From Phoronis australis (lineage: Eukaryota > Animalia > Phoronida), in assembly GCA_002633005.1 (NCBI GenBank), contig NMRA01000225.1, positions 423,218 to 487,217 on the forward strand: a DNA stretch of 64,000 nucleotides. Direction: 5' to 3'. Shown here one piece after another: positions 35,901 to 48,200 of this stretch. Positions within the stretch are counted from its first letter, which is position 1. Each line of letters opens with the position of its first letter. The notes beneath the pieces were generated by a model that did no database searches, was not told where the DNA came from, and was given only the letters and a program-made list of their open reading frames with translations. A program made the translations under genes and the position numbers.

Positions 35901-38159
35901 AGTTTCCAGCTGACAAGCCCGGAGGGTACGTTCAGAAACTGGCATTTTCGGGACAATATAAACGCATGGACATACATTTTGCAGAAGAGCGCGTGTCCGT
36001 ATCAACGTAGCAGTCTCGCGTAAAGCGTTCCTAATATAGTTTTTTGATTTTTTGAAGTTTAAGACGGAGTAAAATAGTTTTGTAGCATAAAATGTAACTA
36101 AAGAAACGCTTATTTTTGGGAAATATAATTGATAAATGTTGAATTTTAAAGAAAATAATATTTTTTGGTTTCTCTCCACGCCTCCACGTGATGCAGTGGA
36201 AGACGTTGATCTGTCGACATCATATATGCAATAGCCAATGGTAGCGATTTTGTAAGTTACGAAGACTCAGAGAACGAGCTTGGGTCATAGGAGAAGCAGA
36301 TAATGAATTAGACCTCGCCATACGCAGACTTTGAGTGGAGGCCGGACGTTCTGTTCAATACCTTTTTGTAACAGGAATTTCTTTGATAACAGATTACTTG
36401 CAATTGAAAATATTATGGTCCACCGTCCACTTTCCGTGAAACTGGGTAAAGTTTTAAAGTTTTTAAATTCAACTATGCCATTTTTTGTCCAAATACACGC
36501 TCTGGGTGTTTTGTCTGGAAAATGTCCATATATAAGCCTTGGAGGCGTATCTAAGAATGGCTTCGTCTGCAGAAAACTCCAATGAGGTGCCAGCTACGCA
36601 CCTAAACTTTATACGCAGTTTATACTGTTTCATAAACGATTTTCTCAAGGAGGCTGTCTTGTAATCCTCCGTATGACTATTCAACCTCTTTAGGTTCGTT
36701 CTACATAAACGACTGTCCCTACAACAGTCTCATCCCCGTTTACCTGGTAGTGGAGGGGACCTTCTCACTTCTCTATGGAAGCGCATGCAGCTATAGCTTC
36801 AGTTCACCTGTCTTTCGACCTGGATCAACCAAAGGGCGCTTGGATGGCGTTTATGTCTACCATGGATACGGTGGTTGGCTTGTTATGCTGTTTCTCTTCA
36901 TATGGGTTATTTTAGGTAAGTGGACACTATAAAAGTATTGTCCAAGAAGGAAGTACGATATAGAAAAAATGAGGAGTCAATGACGCCCGTTAGATAGATG
37001 CACAGGCGTATCTGGATTTGGTTGCTCAGGACTGAACCGGAGGGGGATGCCATAGGTTTGCCTGACTGTAGGCGTAGGAGTCTTCCCGTTTGCCATCAAT
37101 CTCCCCCATCGACACCAGTTTCAGCTCCGCCAGTCGATACTAAATTACCCCCGGCCCATTTCACTCCAGATCGCTAAAAAATAAGGCGACCTCGTATGAC
37201 ACGACGATTGAATTTCCCTTTGTCCCGGAGAAAAGAAAGCGCGTGACCCAGTTTTGGAAATCAGGCACGTCCTGCCCTCTCGTTGATGCCCGCGGAAGGT
37301 GAAGAGTTTCAGATCACACATCCAACTTTTTCACGTGTCGGAGTTGCAGCTCACAACGCAGCAGCACTACTTCGTTGGCATTTGAAGGGTGAATAGAGTA
37401 ATGCGACTGAGAAAAAACTTGTAAAGAATCAAAACAAATTACGTGAAACTCCAGAGACTCGAAAGCGAGACAGCAAATGTCCNTGCTTCACCGTCGTCCG
37501 CCATCACCCATTTCACCCTCCTTCACGGTATTTTTCTTTTGGACCGTTGTTCGAATCGTTTCTTGTTAGATGCCCCGAATTTTCTTAATCTCTGCCCGGG
37601 AGGGGTGCGATTGCTCTCTATTTTAAAAATGAATCACTGTGTAATATTTGATTCTTAGACCGTACTGTAATGCGGGAATGAAATTTTATTGAGGAGGGCA
37701 AAAAATAAAGGAACGACATCCCGAAGTTCCCAAAAGAGATTGTAATAAAGCATAAACTATTAAAACAATTCTGGTAGTAGTAGTTTCATAAAGAGAAACG
37801 ACCAATCTGTACAAAATGAAGAAAGTGAGGATAAACATGATTCTCCAAGTTAGCCTTGCTGACATAAGCTCCTTGCTGCGCAAAACTTTTTTCTTCCAGG
37901 AACAGTTTGGGTGTACGATGCCCGCGGCCACATCGTGACAGCGATGAACATAGACGGGACTATTGACAAATGTGATCCAAAATATTGCAATGGCTTCATG
38001 TTCCAGTTTGCCACTTGCGTCGTTATCGGCCGCTGGTGCACGTACGGTCTACTCATTTGCAGTTCGTGCCTGTTTGCCATTTGCATCTGCTGCATACGTT
38101 GCTGCGTCTCTTCCAAGCCTGACGAAGAGGCCCAACGACAACCGCTGGTCAAGCCGTAA
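32953..38159 (+). CDS. TMEM272: TMEM272-like transmembrane protein, paralog B (about 229 aa)
   Basis: Exons 33961-34080, 35052-35126, 36694-36915, 37900-38159 with the same phase-1 introns and positions as paralog A; first coding exon either 32953-32965 or 33017-33029. Motifs IAEIAIGSFYINDCPYNSLIPVYLVVEG, FLFIWVILGTVWVY, YCNGFMFQFA, CICCIRCC. Confidence 0.8.
35264..35507. mobile_element. MITE with 14-bp TIRs; partial second copy at about 41092-41260
   Basis: atgcgcgcacccag ... ctgggtgcgcgcat; internal aaacaaaaagtccgaga...aaaattcggc.aacgcacaatt shared with 41092. Confidence 0.75.
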
Positions 38160-38587
38160 ACGCATGTTATGGACTACGTTTAATATCTGATAAATAAACC
38201 GTGAACACGACACGTCTGATATTATTAATGTTTCGGTACCCAGTATGAGTGTGACGAACACATTTCGCAATGAGAGTTCCACAAAAAAATAGAGGGGAAC
38301 AAATGAACGCGTATTAGCTGCAGTGTGAATGCTATTTTCTGTGTTTTCACCATGCTAAAACACAGCTCATCAGAGGTGAAAGTTTGTCATTTGAGTGACT
38401 GAGTGCAGCGACCATTTTGATGGTCCACCATCAGAAATGAAAAGGTTGAAATAAAAACCTTTTACTAAAGTCTCTTGAATTTAAGGCAATTTGTTGATGT
38501 TGATTTGTCCTGACTGCTAGGTTTTTTGTCTCCCCAAATGGCTTATCTGTGAGAAGCTGTAGAAGTGCTGATGCAATGGAGTTTCAT

Positions 38588-38668
38588 TTCTAGTACTCAC
38601 CAACTCATGCATTACCGTGGGTTCGAGTCCCACTGGGTCGCACTGCTTAACCATTGAGTCAGGTTTCC
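38588..38668 (+). mobile_element. tRNA-derived SINE fragment; second copy at about 44607-44683
   Basis: Pol III B-box GGTTCGAGTCC (38620-38630) followed by cactgggtcgcactgcttaacc..gagtcaggtttc, repeated with divergence at 44607. Confidence 0.6.
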
Positions 38669-40251
38669 GTTAACGCCCCGATGGCATCTTTGCTTGACAA
38701 ACGAATCCGGAATGCTAATCCAGGGCAAATGCAACTGGCATAAGCTCACTCATTCCTCCGACGTCTACTTTTTAATCACAAAACGAGAAATAAAATTCAG
38801 TCGGTAGGCCGGGGGCATCGGCAAGAGCTGATGCATCAGATTTGTACATGTGTGCTCCAAGGCCGAACTGAAAAGGTTGACGTGTGTCGACTAATCACCA
38901 TTTGCATCGATCAACATGGGTGGCGCAGCACGGAAAAAAGTGGGTGGTAGTAGGGGTTGTGGTGCACCGCCCACAGACCATGATGTGCGGCCTAGATAAT
39001 CAGTTACAATGAAATATCGCCTCTCCTGCAAACAGTGCCCGTGTAGAGCCTACAATGGAGTCAGTGTTCTCACCAAGCGTGATTCTCGGAAAAGTCCGCT
39101 TTATTGTCGATAGGATACATAACAATAGTTCAAGAAAACATCGGACTGCTATAATGTGGTTCCGTAAAAAAACACTTGGAAATGCTCCTCTGGTGACCAT
39201 TTCACAATACGTTACAGCGTTCTGTCGTTCAGTAACTTTTCCAGACATGAGGGGTGCTGAACGTGCGATAACATCTAGCTCTTTTGTCAATTGCCCAGCT
39301 CAGTCTTTTGTCCCGTATGATAACAAGCAGGCCAATTATCTCCCAGGCTTCAAAGGAAACGTATGGTGGTTGCACGCTATTACCGAACGCTTATGAACAC
39401 AGTCAAACCCATGCAGTGTGTTGGTAATCCGTTTGGACAGAATAGATTGTCTTAACTTCTGTTATAGTTGGGCGATTTTGGTGATTAAAATTTGGAAAAT
39501 GATCAGCATTTGACGAGGAATTCAGAAATGCTATTGGTTTAAACTCAAATATGTTAGACCTAAACTTTCATGTTTATCAGCCCAGCCCAATCAGGCTAGA
39601 TACGATCTGATCGGAGATTAGAACAATTATCGAACAAACGAGCGCAGGCCCTCCAATCATCAATGCCAGAATGGAGTTAATCAGTCGTGTAAGATATTGG
39701 CTACGGGGGTGAACTTCCCAACTTGTTGTTGGGCTATAGAATCGAACAAGTTGGGAGAACGGGATGTCGCCGTCATGGATAGCTGTGAAATGCTACAGTT
39801 TCAGTAATTTAATCTATTGTAGTGAACTGCACTAAGAAAAATGTCCCAGTGTGTCTTCATCTCAGAAATTGTTGCTCGGATTCAAATGAGACTTTCAGAT
39901 ACTATGGTTTCCATGCACTGCTCTCGAAAAAGGCGAGAACCCCGGCACTAGCCGTGCTGAAGAGATAGGTTGTCGAAAATAGGACTTTTATGGTTTATAT
40001 GAAAAATCTCAGAACGTGATACCAAACAAAAACGAAGTGATAATTTAGAATATTTGGCAAACGGCGTCTTCAGTAAGCAACATTTATATCAGTGGCACAC
40101 GAAATAATCAGGCAAAGAGAAGCGGAGTTTTCTAACCGAGGGCGCCACTTATCGCTACAAAATTGGTCTCATCTTTTAAGAATTATTAAAATAATTGCTC
40201 CTTACTCAAATGAGAAGTGATGTCTGGGTTCACTAGAATTGCAGAACGAGT

Positions 40252-40313
40252 GATACAGACTCGAACTCACGACCTGGTGCATAGCGCGCGCACGCATTAC
40301 CATTACACCACGA
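40252..40313 (-). mobile_element. tRNA-like SINE head (degenerate)
   Basis: Reverse complement reads tcgTGGTGTAATGGTaa...gtcgtgaGTTCGAGTCtg, i.e. A box and B box at tRNA spacing, but no intact cloverleaf. Confidence 0.5.
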
Positions 40314-42288
40314 TTTAACTCAGTACTAATGTCATACTAAGAGACCTACTTGTTTATGGTTCACAGCGTTTGCACGCGAAACATACTTTTTTGTAATGCT
40401 TATTACACGGTTTGTGCCATCGATTCTTAACAAATTTGTCGTATTTAAAATAGTCTTCAAATGCCCAAAAGACCAAATCCGTTTTTCTTGTTGGCAATAA
40501 TGACGGGATTGCTTTGCTTTGGAAATCTAGTCTAAGATAAGGTTTGACAAAGAGAGTATTGCGAGTTTCTGAGTGAATCACTAAGGCTTCGATTAAAATT
40601 CACTTCTTACCAGCAGCTTGTTTTTTCATCGTCACTCAGGTTCCATTTTCTTTAAAAAATGAAGTAAATTTTCTTCATTGCACAGTGGAGCAGACGACGG
40701 AAACGGAGTCGTAGTGCGCAGCGCCACTGCCGGTCGCCTGGGATATCGCGGGAGAGCCTATACTTAGCCATAGTTCCGTTACGAATGCGCCGTGTTCCGA
40801 ATCTGACACTTGAAATTGGATTTGAGCCCCCCCCCCAACAATAAAACTGCACACATTTAAGTCTGTTTTCATCCGTATATTTTTAATTACTGGGGATAAT
40901 TAATAAACTCAACATTTCCCTANAAACGATTTTTTTCGTGTCAACGAAATGAACAGAATTTGCATATAATTTTAGATGAGAATGAATTTCAGACTATTTC
41001 CAGAGTGTTCTATGGGAAGTTCATCAGGATTCTAGAAGTTCAAGAGGATGTTGTAGCCCGTCTCGGCCTGGTCCGCCTGATCAGGACGGCTAAAACAAAA
41101 AGTCCGAGACTAAACGAGGCTAAAGTCCAATAAAAAGACAAGAACTACTAAAATTCGGCGAACGCACAATTCAAAGCTCTAAACGTGCCTCGTTTTTTAG
41201 GGAAAGGTCCACATCATCCCCAAAAATTCGAGCTCCCCATTTTTAGTGGGTACGTGCATGTAGTTCAACAGGCTGGCGACTGGCGTGCGTAGAGTCGATC
41301 CTATGGTCCCACTCATTGTTGGTCAACTTGTTGCATACTGCGCATGCTCAATTTGTTCTATTTACAACAACACAAAAGGCTGAGTTGAGGAGTGTCAGTC
41401 GGGCCACAGACAGTGGTCGGTATTCTGAAGAAACGAAACTCTGTAAAAAGTCAAAATTTGGACGATAATGGAAAGAAATATCTCTGTGCTTGTTCAACGA
41501 GCTTAGATTATCCTCAACTCTAACCGGAAAGGTAAAAGTTTTCTTTTGAACCAAGTTCCTCTTTCCGTGCTCAACTGACAGTGTATCTGATAATTTTCTG
41601 ATATCTCTGTTCGTGTCTCCATAAAAGAAAGACTGTAGAAATGTTGCTCACTGCCAGTGCCGAACTTCGAGTGAAGACCAGTATGAGCAGGACTGTTAAA
41701 CGAATAAGTAAGAACTAAGAGACAGTTACAAAAATAAAGTTACTGAAAACTGAAAAGCATGTGCATCAACGTAAACAACTAGTGAATTACAATCTTTCTA
41801 GTCGCAGTAGTCTCAGTTCACATTTCCTGGCCTCCGTTCCGTGACGTAAGGAACTCCCGAAAATGCATGCCCAGTTACAGAAGTCTTTGCTATAGATATC
41901 ACACGTTACAAGAGAAACTTGCGATCTCACTAGCGTTTCTTGATGTAGTTCCGAGTCTTTAAAACGCAACCCAACTCTTTTACTTTCGGTGGTTATTCGA
42001 TCAGGGTCAAAGAGTGGGAGGGTCCAATTTTATGACTAATCACCACTGTAAATATTATATAGATTCACTTCCTCATTTTACACAGGTATACAGGTGCAGT
42101 GTCATGGGACCTTGGAATCTAAAATGTATTTAAGCCACATTTAAATTTGAATCTTGTTCATGTGGGTTTGTGTCATCTTCACATGGATGATTTGTGTCTT
42201 TAAAATCGTTTGTTTTCTACAAATGGCTGATATGTGATATGCCCGCCTACTGAAACCGTAGGTTTTTATCAACGAGGGATTGTGAGGT

Positions 42289-45200
42289 ATGGAGTTAGAC
42301 CCAACACTAGTGCAATCTCTGCCGCTGAACCAGAGGCAGAAACTATACAAACAGCTGAGGCAAGAACAAGTGAAGAGATACAGAGAGTGGGTCAAGAAGG
42401 AGGAAGGCCGTGGCAATGGGGAGAAGAGACGTAACAAAAAGGTGAGGCTTGTGAATGATTGGGTCGGTACCTCATTTAGACGATGGGGTACAGGTCTGAG
42501 ATTGGTTTAGCAGAGATTTGACGTGAAGGTCTACCTGATTTACTAAACGTTTCCTTTTCGGGTATTAGTCAATATAATCACATTTTTCGGATAGAAAAGT
42601 TGTTTTTGGGTACCATTGACTTGATGTGTCACGACTTGTAATATTACTATATAAATAATCGAGTGGTAATGTGACAATCATTACTACACTATAACATTCT
42701 GCAGCATGGTCAAAGAAAGTATTATTTGCGTTTAATGTATTTGAAGCTTGAAACAGTGATATTGAATTAACATCTATTAAGAATACTTAAAATCTAGAAA
42801 TTGATAAATAATGGAAAGAGTCATCTACATCAATTGGGCCAATTCCCAGATTACACGGCGATAGAACTCTCCTTTGTCTCGGAGATTAGAAAGTGCGTGA
42901 CTTCGTTTTGGAAGTTGCGCACATTTTCGGGTCTCTCGTTGATGTCGGGAAAGCAAAGAATTTTAGATCATGCATTCCTGGGTATTTGTCCAGTTTATCA
43001 AACTGTCTCACATTGGAGTTGTAGCCCACAGCACAGCAGTAATACTTCATTGGCATTGGAGGACGAATGGAGTAATGCAACCGAGTAAAACTTGTAAACT
43101 GAGAATTAGACATTCAACTACAAATAACATGTGAAACTCCAGTGGCACGAAAATGAGGCAACAAATGTGCCTGACAGATGTTTACGGCATTGTGGGTAAA
43201 TACAGCGAGATTCGAGTGTTGCTGTGTATTTCAGGATGGCCCTATTCAATCAAAATAATGGGAATGTAAAAAAATCTGGATTAGCTTCCTTTTTGTGCAC
43301 TGCTTTGTCGTGTATGATATAACACAAGTACAGGTTGGGGTTAATATGAGACGAGTTACCTCTTGTCTTCGTAACTATCTCTTTAACTATCTCTCCCCTA
43401 CACAATGTATCCATTTGAATATGTCCACCTTGTGTTCCAGGGGACGGGTGTTCATTTTGACAGTAGTGTGATGATGCAGGATGCAACCAAGAGGTTTGAT
43501 GATAGAGAAGGTTTGTACTGATCAGACCATATGGCACAAGTGCAGGTGTAAAATGTACTCGGTCTCGTGTAAAGCTCACATTGAGACCTGGTTTTGTTGA
43601 CATTGCAGGCGCAATTTTATTGTGGTCTTTGTAGATTTCACAATAAGCATGTGACAATAGTTGTCAAACACATGAAGTTGTTTAAATTCAAACCAATTTC
43701 CTCCATTTCTTCTAATCATATAAATTATTGAATAATCTTGTATCCTCCATGTGTTTTCTTTGTAATCTACTGATGTCAGTTTTCTTCTTTTACTTTGTGG
43801 CTGTGTTATTTTTCAGTCGTATAAAGACCGCCGTGATCACATTTGGACTTCTTTGTTTTTCACCAATCGTCATTTGCTTCTATTTCAGTTCTAAGTCTCT
43901 TGCCAAAAGTTCAATCGTTAACCATCACAAATGCTACTGGGTTTACACTGTTACACCAGGTAAGTCCCTATAACCCCGCGCAACATGTTGGGCTAGTGGA
44001 GGCCGTGATCCAATAATTTACAATTTTACATTTTATGTGAATGATAAACAACACAGAATATCTAAATTTGCCACGTGATGTCTCATTTTTGTACATTACT
44101 TGCTTTTATTACTTAAACGTTATTTTCTGTGTACATTTGTCGTAGTGTTGCCTTGACGACAACTTGTCTGTAGCAGAGATTCTGCTCAGCAATGGAGCTG
44201 CAGTGGACGCACAGGACTGTGATCTGTGGACACCCCTGCATGTTGCCTGTTCATGTGACTACCCAGAGCTGGTGCAGCTGTTATTGAATGTAAGTGTAAC
44301 CAATCTTTACTCTTTCACTGCCGATGTCGGCTTTTGGCAATTTAGGTAGTCGTACTTGTTTCCTGGTTGTTAAATTGTACAAACGAGAGGGGGGGGGGGG
44401 CTGATAGCAATTTCCAACATCATATGACCAATTTATGTCAGTCTTTTGATGATTAGAAAAAAAATGTTGAAAAAATAGATTTTTTCTTGAAATTTAATTT
44501 GTTAATGCTGATTTGTCTTGATTGCTGGGATCAACATCTAGATATTCTGTCTCCTTGAATGTCTGATCTTTGGTAACCTGTATATTAATGTTGATGCAGT
44601 TTCATGTCTAGTTCTCATCAACTCTGGTCACCATGGGTTCATGTCCCATTGGGTCACACTGCTTAACCCTCGAGTCAGGTTTCTAACTCCTCAGCTTGTT
44701 TTTAACTATAAAAAGCCTAAGACTGGTTCCAGGTAATCAGTGCAATGGGCCCCGTGTGTGACCTGCGCACGTCTCGTACAACGTGTATCAGCCAGGTCTT
44801 GGAATTATTTTTAAATTTATAACTCATGCATCAACTGTAATATTTCACACTGTGATCGAGTTACAGTTCAAGATCTGTTGTTGAGCATTCTTCAGAAGTT
44901 AGAAGGTCATGACTCACAATGCTGATTCGATGTTTAACTTCATTGTTTGAGTCAATGGCACTCTTCTGATTTTCATTATTTGTTTCTAGAATGGAGCGAG
45001 TTGTGATATTATGGACGTCGATGGATTGTTTGCCTTTGAGCATGCCCCTATGGGATCAGAGTCCTCCCATCTGGTGTTGAAACATATGGAAAAGTCAGGT
45101 ACACGTTCGCTTGTCCTCAGTATTCACTTCACTAGTATGTAGTGCTGATGCCAGCTGTTTGGCCATCAGAATGTCATGGATCAACGTATGTATATAGCTC

Positions 45201-48200
45201 TGAGGTTGGATTTATCCAATTAAAACTCTAGCAGAGATACATTACTCTATTGTTGGTCCTTTGTTACCAGGTATCGGGTTTCTCTAATAACTTTCAATTT
45301 TAAGTAAAATCCTCAATGGTCACATTCCTAATCTCGTTACGATGCCAAAAATAGTCTGTTCACAAGAGTATGTTATCATGTAACTTCAAATATTTTTCTT
45401 GGAGACCGCAATAAGATCCACAAAACAAGAACTTCATAAGAAACTTGCAAATAGTACTTTTTTATGCTATTGACTACAAATGCTTGTCTGGGATTTTTGC
45501 TAATACAGCATTTTGCCCTGAGAATATTGGTGTGAAAATGAAGACTTCAACAATCCTTGAAAGAATGGAAGCCTTGATTTTTGACAGCTAAGCTCTCAGG
45601 CTAAGAGGTCTTAAAAAGAAAATCTCAGACATGCCCTTTTGTCAAATAGAATAATGTAACAAAACTTTTCAATGTGAATATACCAATCTCAATATGGCGT
45701 GGAAAATATGTTGGAACCATTTTAAGTCTGGTCAGCACACCATCTGTTGGCCACATCAAGTGTCCTCATGACTTTCCCAGTTGTGTATGAAAAAATTATT
45801 AATTTGCCTAATAAATACAAGGATCTCTAAAAATCACAATTGTTTTACAGTAAGTCATTACGAAAATTTGGACTTTGTTTTTATGTGCATCACAAGATGC
45901 TGTGAATATTTTTATGGGTCTAATATTCAGGTTACTTAGACCCTAGAAAAATGACAAGATTTGATCATGTTATTGATACCACTGTTTTGCTGAATTTGCT
46001 GAAAATACATGGTCGTGTGACCCAATTTATGAGAGATTGGTAAAAATCAAAATTTGCAGTCTTTTTGTTTTAGTACTTTATTTTTCTAGCTATTTGGCTG
46101 TTTTGTCATTAGGGTCTTACATAACTTGCTTGCTTTAAATGATGGTTAAGAATTTTGAGCCTATGGTATTTAAGGTAACAAAGCACTAACCAGCCACACT
46201 GAGGCAATAGTGATTTCACTGAGTAGACTCCATTAGCAGTCTGATAGCTGAACCCCAGCTTAAACTGTAGTAGTTTGAAATCATGACCAAATCTGCCGCT
46301 GGCAGGCATTTAAGGCATGCATGTATTATATGGTACTCTATTTGTGTTGTGTGTGTGTATATAATACAGCATTTTATGTTCAGCCATAATGGTAGCAATG
46401 AGTTGAGTATATGAAAGATTTAATTATTTGTATTTCAAATTGTCATTCTATCTTCAGGCCAACAGTTGTCTGTTCTGAAGGAGGCCAGGAAAGAAGGTGC
46501 TCGTCGGATGTTAGCTGATGTCAAGCAACTACAGTCGACTGGCATTGATCTGAACACACTCAATGAGAAGGGTGTTAGTCTGGTAACGCATTATTGGCAC
46601 TCTTGGTTTATGTGGCATGGGCTTATTCGGAAACTCTGGGTGCTGTATGCTTCATGGTATTGTGATGTTTAAGGCAAAGAAAATAAAACCAAACCATTGA
46701 ATTGAATTTAAATTTCTTAAATGTAACTTATGTATTTTGTGCTGGGTCCTTGTCAATCAAAGAAATGTGCAATAGCACTCTTGATTGTTGGTCTATTCAA
46801 GTAACAATTCTGCACATTTTAGGTGTCATGATTTTGTAATGCTTTGGTCAGGTGCCAACAATTCCCCATATTGCTTATTACAGCTGCACATTGCTTGTGC
46901 AAATGGATTCCGGGAAGTGGTACGCTGCCTTCTCACTGGTGGCGCTGATGTGAATGTCAAGGACACTGATGGCTGGACCCCTCTCCACACTGCTGCAAGA
47001 TATGGTCAGGTGATCAGATGGTGGAGATAGGGGGATGGGTTGTTGACATTCTATCTACTGGGTGGAAGGTTGCTTTACTGCATTGCTTTTAACACAACTT
47101 TNNNNNNNNNNNNNNNNNNNNNNNNNNNNNNNNNNNNNNNNNNNNNNNNNNNNNNNNNNNNNNNNNNNNNNNNNNNNNNNNNNNNNNNNNNNNNNNNNNN
47201 NNNNNNNNNNNNNNNNNNNNNNNNNNNNNNNNNNNNNNNNNNNNNNNNNNNNNNNNNNNNNNNNNNNNNNNNNNNNNNNNNNNNNNNNNNGTTCACCATC
47301 ATGACTGTAGGTGAGGGTTGTCAAGCAGCTGTTGAAGAGTGGGGCCAATCTACGGAGTACTAACAACAATGATCTGACCCCGCTGCAAGTGTGTAGTGAT
47401 GATAAGATAGAGGCAGTACTGAAGAAGGCGGTGCAGAAATCTCCTGCTAAGTCAGAGTCACTGGAGAGAGAGGAAGAAGAAGATGAGGTGGACGGATGGA
47501 ATGTCGCTCGTATTAACAGCAAAGTCATGTAAGCTGGCAACATCTATTTCTTTATGAACTTCTTGTTTAGCACGGTCGATAGAATTTGGCACACCATAGG
47601 CCATGTTCTCTCACTGAAACTGCATCCTCTCTCACGCTTTAATTCAAAGTGCTCTTTGAGAGTTAGTATGAAATGTTAATTAACAATTATGCTTTGAACA
47701 ACTTATTGTGTTTTGACATTCTACCATTCACCTCTTGTGACTCCCATGTTATGATAAATTTTATTCCGTCAACAATTTGTAGAGGTGTTGCTGAAATTAT
47801 CAAAATCCTGTATCAATGAAAAGTTTAAATTTTGTTGCTTCATAAAATAAGTCTTGAGTGCTTGATGACTCAAAGAAATTTCACAGCACTGCAAGTGTGC
47901 CTTCTGTCTTCATTTGTAATATGAAATGCTAAAACATCCTTAAGTCTCATAATTATTGCCTGTTACATGTATAAACAATATTTTTGGGCAATAAAACATT
48001 CAAGGTCTCTTGAAGGTTTTAATTGCTGTCTGTCTATAACTGCCTCTTTGAATTTTGATTGTAGCCAGTCTAAACATTCATCAATATCTAAGAAAGACGA
48101 GCTGTTTGAAGCCAAGACTCGATTCCACGAATTGGAGGAGGAAGACTCGACACGAGTGGATGATGATATTTACGAGAACCTATCGCTACCCAACATTGAA

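Noticed and set aside
40252-40313. Functional tRNA gene
   Set aside because: A and B boxes present but acceptor and anticodon stems do not form; kept only as SINE head.
41280-42261. Myosin promoter and non-coding first exon (TGCGCATGC at about 41339, acceptor-like site at 42261)
   Set aside because: Plausible, but several candidate donors and no way to choose without transcript data.
46795-46900. Possible further junction echo before exon 46884 (aacaattctgcacatt)
   Set aside because: Match too short to separate from chance by eye.
47040-47543. ORFs spanning the second gap
   Set aside because: N-run artefacts; only 47311-47528 is a real myosin exon.
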